Assembly: GCA_963820295.1 (NCBI GenBank)
Contig: CAWFZI010000027.1
Span: 124,954 to 188,953 of the forward strand
DNA length: 64,000 bases
Source: an uncultured Acidobacteriaceae bacterium
GTDB taxonomy: Bacteria > Acidobacteriota > Terriglobia > Terriglobales > Acidobacteriaceae
Direction of reading: 5' to 3'
Under the pieces are notes generated by a model, which made no database searches, was not told the DNA's origin, and saw only the letters and a list, made by a program, of their open reading frames with translations. The position numbers and the translations under genes were made by a program. This document shows, in pieces, positions 1-9,273 of this stretch; position 1 is the stretch's first letter, and every line of letters starts with the position of its first letter.

Positions 1-24
1 ACCCTGGCGCATCTAACTCGAGAC

Positions 25-1005
25 ATGGCGATTACGACTCTCCCACTTGCTGAAGCACGCATCTCCGAACGGGTCGCCTTGGCGGTTCGCGACGGGCTTG
101 CGTCAACTCCCAAGCGTCTACCTCCCTGGCTTTTCTATGACGAAGCCGGATCGCGGCTCTTCGACCAAATCACAGAGCTCGCCGAGTACTACCTCACTCG
201 CACCGAGCGCGCCATCTTTGCCGCCGACGCGGGAGCCATGATCGCCCGTGCCGCGGCTGGAGACCGGCTGCGGATTGTTGAGCTCGGCGCCGGATCCGCC
301 GACAAGACTCGCTTGTTGCTGGCAGCCGCCGTGCGCCGGCAGGGTCCCGTCATCTACGAGCCGGTCGACGTTTCGGCCAGCGCCCTTGCCGATGCCCAGC
401 AACGCCTCGAACAGGAACTGCCCAAGGTCATGGTGGCGCCGCAGGTGATGGATTACACCGATGCCTTCGCGCTCGAGCATCCGGCGCCCGACGAGCGGCG
501 CCTGGTCCTCTACATCGGATCGAGCATTGGCAACTTCGAACCCGAAGAGGCAGCTCAGTTGCTCCGCCACGTGCGTGCGGCCCTTAGGCCGGGCGATGCG
601 TTGCTCCTGGGTGTGGACATGGTGAAGAGTCCCGACGCTCTGCTCGCCGCCTACGACGATGTGGAGGGCGTGACGGCCGCATTCAATCGCAACATCCTGG
701 TCAGGATCAATCGCGAATTAGGCTCAGACTTCGAGCCCGCCGCTTTTACTCACCGCGCGGTGTGGAACGCTGCGGCCTCGCGCATCGAGATGCACTTGAT
801 GAGCCAGAGAGCGCAAACCGTTCGTATTCCAGCGCTTGATATGGAAGTAGATTTCCGGCGTACCGAGTGCATTCATACAGAGAACAGCTACAAGTACCAG
901 CCGGGCCAGGCGGAAGCCATGCTGGCCCGCGCAGGCTTCACGCCCAACATGACGTGGAACGATCGCAGAGGATGGTTCACCGTGTGCCTGGCGCGGGCGG
1001 AGTAA
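25..1005 (+). CDS. egtD: L-histidine N-alpha-methyltransferase (EgtD-like, ergothioneine pathway)
   Basis: 326-aa ORF. The LPPWLFYDEAGSRLFDQITELAEYYLTRTE block and the ELGAGSADKT SAM loop match EgtD/Methyltransf_33 as I remember it. A partner egtB would lie upstream, off-window. Confidence 0.75.
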   Translation: MAITTLPLAEARISERVALAVRDGLASTPKRLPPWLFYDEAGSRLFDQITELAEYYLTRTERAIFAADAGAMIARAAAGDRLRIVELGAGSADKTRLLLAAAVRRQGPVIYEPVDVSASALADAQQRLEQELPKVMVAPQVMDYTDAFALEHPAPDERRLVLYIGSSIGNFEPEEAAQLLRHVRAALRPGDALLLGVDMVKSPDALLAAYDDVEGVTAAFNRNILVRINRELGSDFEPAAFTHRAVWNAAASRIEMHLMSQRAQTVRIPALDMEVDFRRTECIHTENSYKYQPGQAEAMLARAGFTPNMTWNDRRGWFTVCLARAE

Positions 1006-1025
1006 CCCAGCGCAACAAAGAGAGG

Positions 1026-1130
1026 TTGTCACTCTGAGCGAAAGGGGCCCCGAACGTTTTCGAGGGTCCCCGAAGAGCGTTCCTTGTTCTTTGGGCCGAG
1101 GTCGGGGGTGGTGAGCGAGGAATCCGCTTT
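1026..1130 (+). repeat. Divergent long-form copy of repeat family C (TGTCACTCTGAGCG...GCGAGGAATCCGC)
   Basis: The termini resemble TGTCATCCTGAG...CGAAGGATCTGC of the other C copies. It is intergenic, between egtD and the alpha-galactosidase gene. Confidence 0.35.
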
Positions 1131-1174
1131 AGCTGATCCCAGCAGTTGATACCTGCCCCCTGATCTCTGGTCCC

Positions 1175-2383
1175 CTATTTCGGCCGCGCAATCCGCACCA
1201 GCAGCACATCGTGTCCGGCAATCTCCACCGGCATGTTCTCGGTCAGCTGCATTTCGTTTCCAGTCCAAAGATTTTTCGCTTGCTGCGTGCCATGAAGTCC
1301 CAGCTTGGCCAGATCCAGATGGAACGGATGCGTGGAATAGCGGTTGTCGCCCGCATTCAATACGGCCACCGCCAGCGCGCCGCCAGACAAGGGCTTCGTC
1401 CACACCTCGACCTCGCCGTCGCTGTAGACGCGCGAAGCCTGCTTGCCCAGCGCGTCCTGGTCTAGCGCGATCACTTCGCGGTTGGTCAGGATCGCCTTGA
1501 TCTCAGGCTTCATGTTGGTCAGGTCGTTGCCTGCCAGCAAAGGCGCGGCCAGCATGGCCCACATCGAAAAGTGGGCGCGGTTCTCATCCATCGAAAGCTT
1601 GCCGTTGCCAACCTCAAGCATGTCCGGATCGTTCCAGTGCCCGGGCCCCGCATACTTCTCCAGCCCTGCCTGCTGCTCCAGAATCGCGTAGATCCGATCC
1701 CAGTGCGCGTTGATATCCCCTGTCGTGCGCCACAGGTTTCCCCCCAGCGCCGGCGCCCACTCCCACACCGCATCCCAGCCGTACTGGCAGAGCGAGAAGA
1801 CGATCGGCCGTCCCGTCGCCTCGAGCGCCTTGCCCATTTTTTCGTAGGCCTCATGCATAATTCGCATCTGCGCGGCCTTATCGTTGGGCGCCTGCTTCAT
1901 CATTACGTCGGGGATGAAGCTGCACATGTCGTATTTCAGATAGTCGATGCCCCACTCCGCATACATTTTCGCGTCCTGCTCTTCGTGCCCCAGCGAGGCA
2001 GGGTATCCCGCGCAGGTCTTCGTGCCCGGCCCCGAGTAGATACCGATCTTCAGCCCCTTCGAGTGGACATAATCAGCGAGCGCCTTCATGTCGGGGAACT
2101 TGGAATTCGTGTGCAGCAGGCCACTGGCGTCGCGCTGGCCCTCCCACGTATCGTCGATGTTCACGTAGATGTAGCCTGCGTCCTTCATCCCCGAGGCAAC
2201 AAGCTCATCCGCAGCAGCGCGCACCCCTTTGTCGTCCACCTTTGCTTCAAAGTAATTCCAGCTATTCCATCCCATCGGCGGCGTCTGCGCCACCACCTGC
2301 GGTGGGGCTGACTGCGCCTTCGGCGCGAAAACGGAGAGAGTCAACGCAAGAGAAGCAAGCGGCAACAACTTGAAAAGACGCAT
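1175..2383 (-). CDS. Secreted alpha-galactosidase, glycoside hydrolase family 27
   Basis: 402 aa with an N-terminal signal peptide (MRLFKLLPLASLALTLSVFA). PPMGWNSWNYF and YVNIDDTWEG motifs are typical of GH27. Confidence 0.85.
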   Translation of the reverse strand: MRLFKLLPLASLALTLSVFAPKAQSAPPQVVAQTPPMGWNSWNYFEAKVDDKGVRAAADELVASGMKDAGYIYVNIDDTWEGQRDASGLLHTNSKFPDMKALADYVHSKGLKIGIYSGPGTKTCAGYPASLGHEEQDAKMYAEWGIDYLKYDMCSFIPDVMMKQAPNDKAAQMRIMHEAYEKMGKALEATGRPIVFSLCQYGWDAVWEWAPALGGNLWRTTGDINAHWDRIYAILEQQAGLEKYAGPGHWNDPDMLEVGNGKLSMDENRAHFSMWAMLAAPLLAGNDLTNMKPEIKAILTNREVIALDQDALGKQASRVYSDGEVEVWTKPLSGGALAVAVLNAGDNRYSTHPFHLDLAKLGLHGTQQAKNLWTGNEMQLTENMPVEIAGHDVLLVRIARPK

Positions 2384-2457
2384 AGGGGCGCTCCTGAAAA
2401 CGATTTCAATTGCAGAGGAAGTCTATGCCGGACACGCAATTTCGGCAACCTCAGTTT

Positions 2458-2514
2458 CCATCAGCACCCCAAAAGGGTGCCCCCATCCGAGCTCCGCTGG
2501 CGTGGGAAAGCAAG
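2458..2514 (+). repeat. Repeat family B copy (degenerate stem)
   Basis: CCATCAGCACCCCAAAAGGGTGCCCCCATCCGAGCTCCGCTGGCGTGGGAAAGCAAG parallels the B copies at 30817 and 32591. Confidence 0.5.
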
Positions 2515-2550
2515 AATCGAAATAAGCCTCAGTTCTTGCGACCAACACAT

Positions 2551-3132
2551 CTACCCGCGTTTGCGCGCCGCCCGCGTGCACGGTCCGCGCCGGAAGCAGT
2601 CAGGAGCGTGGTCGTTCACCAACCCCACGGCCTGCATCCACGCATATACAATGGTCGGCCCCACAAACTTGAAACCGCGCCGCTTCATTTCCTTCGAAAT
2701 TGTCTCCGACAGTGGCGTCATCGCCGGTACAGGGCCCGTGTTCTGAATCGGCTTTCCCTCAACAAACTGCCACGCGAAATCGGAAAAGGTGAGGCCGCTC
2801 TGCTGCATCTCGAGATAAACGCGCGCCCCACCGATGGTTGCTTCGATCTTTGCCCGGCCCCGGATGATGCCCGGATTGTCCAGCATCTTCGCAATCTCTT
2901 TCTCCCCAAAACGAGCGACAATTTTCGGATCGAAGTTGCGAAACGCTTTGCGAAACGCCTCCCTCTTGCGCAGTACAGTGATCCACGAGAGCCCCGCCTG
3001 AAACCCTTCGAGCATCAGCGTCTCCCACAGCGCGCGACTGTCAAACTCCGGCACGCCCCACTCTTCGTCGTGGTAGGCCTGCATCAGCGCATCGTTCCGT
3101 GCCCAGCTACAACGGATCTTTGTCTTGCTCAC
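2551..3132 (-). CDS. tag: DNA-3-methyladenine glycosylase I
   Basis: RCSWA...YHDEEWGVP...LEGFQAGLSWITVLRKREAFR is the Tag signature. I prefer the GTG at 3132 (VSKTKIRCSW) over the track start at 3192. Confidence 0.85.
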   Translation of the reverse strand: MSKTKIRCSWARNDALMQAYHDEEWGVPEFDSRALWETLMLEGFQAGLSWITVLRKREAFRKAFRNFDPKIVARFGEKEIAKMLDNPGIIRGRAKIEATIGGARVYLEMQQSGLTFSDFAWQFVEGKPIQNTGPVPAMTPLSETISKEMKRRGFKFVGPTIVYAWMQAVGLVNDHAPDCFRRGPCTRAARKRG

Positions 3133-3208
3133 TCTTCCAGGCCTCCTCGCCCAGCAGTCAAAAAAGTGCATCGTACATGCAAAACACGGCACGCATAGTT
3201 GATAACTT

Positions 3209-3292
3209 TGTCATCCTGAGGTTCCGCATGTTTGGGGTCCCATCAAAGCATCAGCGTTGACGGGGTAAGCGGACCGAAGGAACTGCTTCTCA
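3209..3292 (+). repeat. Repeat family C, long form
   Basis: TGTCATCCTGAGG...GGGGTAAGCGGACCGAAGGAACTGCTTCT. It is followed at 3308-3331 by a partial copy of the 5' module shared by families A and B (CACGAATACGAAAAACGGGTGCCC). Confidence 0.6.
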
Positions 3293-3375
3293 CCGCACTC
3301 AATTTGGCACGAATACGAAAAACGGGTGCCCACAGCCCGAGGGCGCCGCGAACCGCTCTTCGTTGGGTCCGGCAA

Positions 3376-4323
3376 TCAATCCGCCGCAGGCGCCACCGCA
3401 TACCGCGGAGCCGTGGCCATCAGCTTTTCAATCCCTTCAATCGGCCCGATCCCGCCTCGCGCACCTGACGCCGTGCAGTTCAGCGCCGCGGCCGCGCACG
3501 CAAAATCGAGCTGCCGGGCAAGCGGCCAACCCTGCAGCAGCCCGTAGATAAATCCCGCGTGGAACACGTCGCCGGCACCTGTCGTATCTGCGACGTTTAC
3601 GCAATAGGCTGGGCGCAGATGGAACCGGCTGCCATCCCACGCCAGCACGCCTTCATGCCCGAGCGTTGCCGCCGTCACAGTACAGCCATACCGGTTCTTC
3701 ATCTTCTGCAGCGCCCGCTCAAGGTTGCGCTCGCCGGTCAGGCGTCCAGGGAAATCTCGGCTCACGACGAGGTAATCGACATTGGCCGCAAGATCGTCGA
3801 CGCCGGCATACGCTTCATCCAGATCGGCCACCACAGGAATGCCCGCCGTGCGCGCCCAGCGCGCCGCGAGTGTCGCCGCCGCCGTCTCGAAGCCATCCAC
3901 AAGCAGTGCTCGCGCATTCTCGATCCACGCGCGATCCAGTTCTTCGGGCTGCAGTAGCAGCTTCTCGTCGCGGCGACAAAGCACGGTCCGTTCGCCGCCT
4001 CCATCCACCACAATCAGCGACTGCGGGCTCGCCGCGTTCTCGACCGTGATGACCCGCGCCTCGACACCTGCCCGCGCAAACTCGCGCTGATGCAGCCGGG
4101 CTGCGTCGTCATCTCCCAGCTTGCCGACATAGCGCGTCGTCAATCCCCACGTCTGGCACGCCATTACCGCCGATGCGGTTTGGCCCCCCGGCAAAATTGA
4201 GGCGTGTGTGTATTCAACTTTGGAGCCGCGTTCGGGATACTGCGCGAGAGGGATCAGCGTATCTGTCGCGTTCAACCCCACGCCCACCAAATCGACCAGC
4301 GACAGCCCGCCCATGGAGTCCAT
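3376..4323 (-). CDS. PfkB-family carbohydrate kinase (ribokinase-like)
   Basis: 315 aa. An N-terminal GVGLNATD..PGGQTASA block and a C-terminal TTGAGDVFHAGF anion-hole motif are present. Confidence 0.8.
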   Translation of the reverse strand: MDSMGGLSLVDLVGVGLNATDTLIPLAQYPERGSKVEYTHASILPGGQTASAVMACQTWGLTTRYVGKLGDDDAARLHQREFARAGVEARVITVENAASPQSLIVVDGGGERTVLCRRDEKLLLQPEELDRAWIENARALLVDGFETAAATLAARWARTAGIPVVADLDEAYAGVDDLAANVDYLVVSRDFPGRLTGERNLERALQKMKNRYGCTVTAATLGHEGVLAWDGSRFHLRPAYCVNVADTTGAGDVFHAGFIYGLLQGWPLARQLDFACAAAALNCTASGARGGIGPIEGIEKLMATAPRYAVAPAAD

Positions 4324-4347
4324 TGTACGGTTGCCGGGTTGCCGTCG

Positions 4348-5640
4348 CTAAACGAAGCGGGTTGCTTTCCACAACCTCCAGGCGCAAGCGATCGCCGCCA
4401 CCACAAGCACCACACAGAGGACCGCCGTCCATACCCGGTCGATTGCCAACTCTGGCACCCGCGCCTGCATCCCGAGGAACACGAAAACACCTACCGCGCA
4501 GGCGAGAATGACGTAATCCCACCAGGCCCGGTGAACCTGCCCATCGCTGCGCACCAGGCCGCTGAACGAACGCAGAACGCGCCCATACTCGAGATCGTAT
4601 CGGTTGCATTCGCGTAGCAGAGCCTCCTGGGTCGAGGCATGCTCGCGCTCCGTGGCAACCGCGGTGCTCACGGCCAGCGCGCCAAGGATCATGACAATTG
4701 ACCCGGTCAACACCAGCAGCCGGTGCGGCGCGTCGGCGTGTGCCAGCTCTCCAAACACCAGCGCACCCCATGCCAGGCCCCATAGCTGATTGGTATTCGA
4801 CAGCGGAATACCGCGTCCGATCCCGAGGTACTTCGTGGCGTACTGCTGGAAGATATCGCCCACGACCCAAACAAATCCGCCGAGAAACAGCCAGAAGAGC
4901 ATCGGCCTCACCTGCGGCGAAAAGAAAACTGCCTCCGTGGCCTTGCGATCCAGCGCAAACGCCAGCGCCAGCACCGAACCCAGCTCGCCCACCGTGAACA
5001 CAGTGACAAACGAGAGCGGGTTCATCCCGCTGAGGTATGCCTTGCGATACGGAATATACATCGTCCCCCACAGCAGGCTCGCGCCGGCTGCGGCAAGCAC
5101 ACCGGCCGCTGCCCTTGCCGCGTGAGGGCCGCTGCTTTGAATCGTGCTGAAGCCCAGCATCACCGCAGCGGCCACAATGGCCAGTGCGCCCAGCACAACC
5201 TTGGCCACATTCCTGCGGCTCGCCCCCTTCAATTCGCCAAACAGGACGCGCCCCCACAAGAGGCCAACCAGGGAGTTTGTGTTCCATAGCGGAAAGGCAA
5301 TGGCAAGGCCAACGTCGCGAATCGCAAAAACGGTGAGGGTGTTTGCCACGGCCCACAACATGCCTGCCATAATCGCGATCGGGATCAGGTGCCTGTGCTC
5401 GGAAAGATCGGCGAATACCTGCCGCGTGCCCTTGAAGAGAGTGGGCAGAGTCCACCTTGCTGTAAAGACCCCTGCCACCATGCACAGCGAAATGGCGTAC
5501 GGCGACAGCCCCGTGGTCACGAGTTTTGTAGGGGCCTCGGCCGCGCCCAACCAAACACCCGCGCCTAGACCGCACAAGACTCCCAGTCCATGTGCTGTTT
5601 CAAACGTTGCGGGTGGGGGCGTCGTTGCGGCGTCGCTCAT
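4348..5640 (-). CDS. Polytopic membrane protein, GRP (glucose/ribose porter)-like sugar transporter with an extra C-terminal two-TM extension
   Basis: About 10 predicted TM helices resemble the GRP/DMT-type family. The start is taken at MSDAATT (5640). It lies immediately upstream of the PfkB kinase on the same strand. Confidence 0.5.
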   Translation of the reverse strand: MSDAATTPPPATFETAHGLGVLCGLGAGVWLGAAEAPTKLVTTGLSPYAISLCMVAGVFTARWTLPTLFKGTRQVFADLSEHRHLIPIAIMAGMLWAVANTLTVFAIRDVGLAIAFPLWNTNSLVGLLWGRVLFGELKGASRRNVAKVVLGALAIVAAAVMLGFSTIQSSGPHAARAAAGVLAAAGASLLWGTMYIPYRKAYLSGMNPLSFVTVFTVGELGSVLALAFALDRKATEAVFFSPQVRPMLFWLFLGGFVWVVGDIFQQYATKYLGIGRGIPLSNTNQLWGLAWGALVFGELAHADAPHRLLVLTGSIVMILGALAVSTAVATEREHASTQEALLRECNRYDLEYGRVLRSFSGLVRSDGQVHRAWWDYVILACAVGVFVFLGMQARVPELAIDRVWTAVLCVVLVVAAIACAWRLWKATRFV

Positions 5641-5831
5641 TCGGATTTCAACGCAGCGAAATGAGCAAGCCCAGCCCGACACAGAAGACGGCGAGGGGGA
5701 TCAGAAAGTGACTGTCAGTCAGGATGGCACGCTTCATGGAGTCTCAGCTTGCGGCGTTTCGACTTGCGCAACCATAAAGACCCGGCAGAGTGCATGTCAA
5801 GCAGCGAGCCCGACACCGGGAGTGAGGCCAC

Positions 5832-5885
5832 AATCCGCACGGCCCTGGGTGCCCCTGGTCCCTCGCTTTCGGGGACCAGGGAAAG
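5832..5885 (+). repeat. Repeat family A hairpin
   Basis: AATCCGCACGGCCCTGGGTGCCCCTGGTCCCTCGCTTTCGGGGACCAGGGAAAG, with a perfect 10-bp stem. Confidence 0.65.
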
Positions 5886-5920
5886 TAGCGACGCACACGG
5901 CGAGGCAGCGGTTGGACAAG

Positions 5921-6967
5921 CTACTTCAGCGAACTCATGTCGATCACAAACCGATACTTCACATCCTGCTTCAACATGCGCTCAAAGGCTTCGTTGATCT
6001 TCTGGATCGGAATTACTTCGACATCGGAGACGATGTTCTTTTCGCCGCAGTACTCCAGCATCTGCTGCGTCTCTGGCATTCCCCCAATCATCGAACCCGC
6101 AATCGAGGCGCGTTTGGTGATCAAGCTGAACACGCTCACCGTGGGGGGTTTCTCCGGCAGGCCGACCAGGGTCAATGTTCCGTCCTGCTTCAGCAGGCTG
6201 AGATACGGTTCCAGATCGTGCGGCGCCGAGGCCGTGTCGAGAATGAAGTCGAACGATCCTGCCTGCGCCTTCATTGCATTGGCATCGGTCGAGACCACTA
6301 CTTCGTTCGCGCCCAGCTTCAGTGCGTCTTCCTTCTTCTTCAGTGACGTGGTTAGCTGCACGGTGTGCGCGCCAAAGGCATGCGCGAACTTAAGGCCCAT
6401 GTGGCCAAGTCCGCCCAGGCCGATGATTCCAACCTTCTTGCCCGGTCCCACTTTCCAATGCCGCAGCGGCGAATAGGTCGTGATGCCGGCGCAGAGCAGG
6501 GGAGCAACCGCGGCCAGATCGAGATGCGCGGGAACCGTATGCGCGAACCGCTCATCCACGACGTAGTTGCTGGAGTAGCCGCCCATCGTGATCGAGCCAT
6601 CCACCCGATCCTTGTTGGCATACGTCAGCGTCGCGCCTTCCGCGCAGAAATGTTCCTCGCCCTTAGTGCACGGAGCACAATGGCGGCACGAGTCCACGAT
6701 GACGCCGATCGCCGCAACATCTCCGGCTTTGAACTTCTTTGCGTCCTTGCCGACCGTCGTGACCCGTCCTACAATTTCGTGACCCGGCACAAGCGGGTAG
6801 ATCGACTGACCCCATTCGTTGCGCGCCATGTGCAAGTCGGAATGGCAGACGCCGCAGTACAGAACATCGACAACAATTTCGGTAGCGCCGGGCTCGCGGC
6901 GAGTGAAGCCAAATGGTGCAAGCGGCGACTGCGCGTCGGACGCGGCATAACCTTTCGATGTGGGCAT
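5921..6967 (-). CDS. Zinc-dependent NAD(P) alcohol dehydrogenase (cinnamyl-alcohol/YahK-like)
   Basis: 348 aa. GVCHSDLH and PGHEIVG zinc motifs and a GLGGLGH Rossmann loop are present. Confidence 0.85.
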   Translation of the reverse strand: MPTSKGYAASDAQSPLAPFGFTRREPGATEIVVDVLYCGVCHSDLHMARNEWGQSIYPLVPGHEIVGRVTTVGKDAKKFKAGDVAAIGVIVDSCRHCAPCTKGEEHFCAEGATLTYANKDRVDGSITMGGYSSNYVVDERFAHTVPAHLDLAAVAPLLCAGITTYSPLRHWKVGPGKKVGIIGLGGLGHMGLKFAHAFGAHTVQLTTSLKKKEDALKLGANEVVVSTDANAMKAQAGSFDFILDTASAPHDLEPYLSLLKQDGTLTLVGLPEKPPTVSVFSLITKRASIAGSMIGGMPETQQMLEYCGEKNIVSDVEVIPIQKINEAFERMLKQDVKYRFVIDMSSLK

Positions 6968-7073
6968 GAGAACAATTTCCTTTCGGAGAGAAGAATAAAT
7001 CAGCGCGCTTAAGCGAGAATCGCTTGGAGCGCGCTCAAACCCTCGTTTTTGTGTGCTTTTTCGCCGGATGTGT

Positions 7074-7925
7074 TCAAGGCCTGCTTGCCGACGCCACGCG
7101 CGCTATCCCCTGCAAGTCCGGCGCGAAGTCAATATCGTCGAACCCCGTAGAGCGGAGCAGCTGCCCGACCACCTCGGCCTGGCCGTGACCAATCTCAAGA
7201 AGAAGAAATCCGTTCGACGAGAGAACCGCAAATGCGGCAGGGATTAGGCGGCGATAGACATCGAGCCCGTCGTTGCCGGCAAACAGGGCGACCTCCGGCT
7301 CGTAATCGCGTACTTCCACGGAGAGCGATGAGCGCTCGGTACTCGGAACATACGGCGGATTCGATACCACTAAGTCGAAGGTTTCTCCAGCGACAGGCGC
7401 GAGCAAATCTCCATTCAAAAATCGAATGCGTTCAGCCAGATCACTGGCTCGCGCATTCTCTTGCGCAATTGCCAACGCCGCATCCGACAAATCCGTCGCC
7501 GTTATCTGTGCACTCGGCAGATGATGCGCAAGCCCCACCGCAATTGCACCGGAGCCCGTACCGACATCCACAATGCGCGGCGCGGCAAATGATCCCGCCA
7601 ACTCGATGGCCTTCTCAACCAGATGCTCGGTCTCGGGGCGGGGAATCAGCACATCCGGCGTCACGCGAAAGGGCAGCCCGTAAAACTCTGTCTTGCCAAG
7701 AATGTACTGGATGGGCTCGCCCTTGTGACGACGTCGAACCCACTCGGTGAAGAGTGCCGCCAGGTCCTCAGAGAGTTCGTCGTCTAGATGGGCGAGAAGC
7801 CAGGCCTTGTCTTTGTCGATAACGTGTAGAAGGAGCGTTTCTGCGTCACGACGAGCGCGATCGGGATGCGGGCTGCTCCTCAAGAAGCCCCAACCGCCAG
7901 GTACGAAGTAGCGAAGAGCGGGCAC
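7074..7925 (-). CDS. prmC: Release-factor glutamine N5-methyltransferase
   Basis: 283 aa. VDVGTGSGAI SAM loop and the NPPY motif (VVSNPPYV). It sits directly downstream of prfA. Confidence 0.85.
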   Translation of the reverse strand: MPALRYFVPGGWGFLRSSPHPDRARRDAETLLLHVIDKDKAWLLAHLDDELSEDLAALFTEWVRRRHKGEPIQYILGKTEFYGLPFRVTPDVLIPRPETEHLVEKAIELAGSFAAPRIVDVGTGSGAIAVGLAHHLPSAQITATDLSDAALAIAQENARASDLAERIRFLNGDLLAPVAGETFDLVVSNPPYVPSTERSSLSVEVRDYEPEVALFAGNDGLDVYRRLIPAAFAVLSSNGFLLLEIGHGQAEVVGQLLRSTGFDDIDFAPDLQGIARVASASRP

Positions 7926-7928
7926 GGC

Positions 7929-8990
7929 TTAGGCAGCCTGGCTGTCGGCCTTCAACTGCTCAGCCTGGTAGTGCGCCATCAGCGCGTCCACAATCGGCTG
8001 CAGCCTGCCCTCCATCACCAGGTCGAGCTGATGCAGCGTCAAGCCGATGCGATGATCCGTGAGCCGGTTCTGCGGAAAGTTGTAGGTCCGAATCTTCTCG
8101 CTGCGGTCACCCGAGCCTACCTGCTGCTTGCGCTCCTTGGCCAGCTCGGCATTCTGCCGCTCCATCTCCTGCTCGTAGAGCCGCGAGCGCAGCACGCGCA
8201 TGCCCTTTTCGCGATTCTTGATCTGCGATTTCTCATCCTGGCAGCTCACCACGGTGTTGGTTGGAATATGCGTAATGCGAACCGCCGAGTAGGTCGTATT
8301 GACCGACTGCCCACCGGGCCCCGACGAGCAAAACGTGTCGATCCGGATATCCTTCGCTTCAATCTTGATGTCCACATCCTCGGCCTCGGGAAGAACCGCC
8401 ACCGTAATCGCCGAAGTATGCACGCGTCCCTGCGTCTCCGTTGCCGGCACACGCTGCACGCGATGCACGCCGCTCTCCCACTTCAGCTGCGAATAGACCC
8501 GCGCGCCCTCGATGATCGCAATCACTTCCTTGTAGCCGCCCACGCCCGACTCCGAAAGCGACAGCACTTCCACCTTCCAGCGGTGTTGCTCGGCAAAGCG
8601 CGTGTACATGCGGAAGACCTCGGCTGCGAACAGGGAAGCCTCATCCCCACCGGTGCCCGCGCGGATTTCAAGGATGACGTTCTTCTCGTCGTTTGGATCC
8701 TTGGGCAACAGCAGAAGGCGCAGCTCTTCTTCGACGGCCTCTGCACGCGGCTCAAGCGCGGCAATCTCATCCGTTGCCATGGCCCGCATATCGGCGTCGG
8801 TCTCTGCCAGCATGACGCGCGCATCGGCCAGGCCTTGGCGCACCTGCTTCAACTCGCGGAACTTCTCGACGGGCGTCTCAATTTCGCGTACAGCCTTGGC
8901 GATCTTGGTATAGCGCTCGTGGTCGTTAATCACCTCGGGCAGCGCCAGCTGCGACTGCAACTCGTCGTAGCGATGCTCCATTTGTTCCAA
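7929..8990 (-). CDS. prfA: Peptide chain release factor 1
   Basis: 353 aa. GGQ motif ([11 protein letters not shown]) and RF1-type overall sequence. Confidence 0.95.
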   Translation of the reverse strand: MEQMEHRYDELQSQLALPEVINDHERYTKIAKAVREIETPVEKFRELKQVRQGLADARVMLAETDADMRAMATDEIAALEPRAEAVEEELRLLLLPKDPNDEKNVILEIRAGTGGDEASLFAAEVFRMYTRFAEQHRWKVEVLSLSESGVGGYKEVIAIIEGARVYSQLKWESGVHRVQRVPATETQGRVHTSAITVAVLPEAEDVDIKIEAKDIRIDTFCSSGPGGQSVNTTYSAVRITHIPTNTVVSCQDEKSQIKNREKGMRVLRSRLYEQEMERQNAELAKERKQQVGSGDRSEKIRTYNFPQNRLTDHRIGLTLHQLDLVMEGRLQPIVDALMAHYQAEQLKADSQAA

Positions 8991-9273
8991 GACGGTCGAT
9001 CATTTCGGGCTCCACTCCGGTCGCGCTGCAAACCGGCGCGAACCTTGTATCTGCTATTTCGGATCATGGGAATGAGGCGCAGAAAGAGCTAGGCGGCGGG
9101 CGCCGCTAGAGGAGAGCCGGGATGGGCTGGTAAAGGTTCATCGCCACAAGAACTATTCTAGCGCGAATCGGCTTTTGAGATGAACTTTGCGTCCCGAAGG
9201 ATTCAGACTGGCAACAGAGTAGTCCCCCGGTCCACACGAATCAAATCCGCAAACCGGGGAACAGCAGAAGCCA

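Noticed and set aside
4214-6346. Long ORFs 4214..5575 (-, 453 aa) and 5144..6346 (+, 400 aa).
   Set aside because: They are Arg/Gly/Pro-rich with no family resemblance. They overlap the transporter and alcohol dehydrogenase genes, which have clear motifs. These are typical high-GC shadow frames.
7866-9092. 408-aa ORF antisense to prfA.
   Set aside because: It is a shadow of a highly conserved gene, with Leu/Arg-rich nonsense composition.
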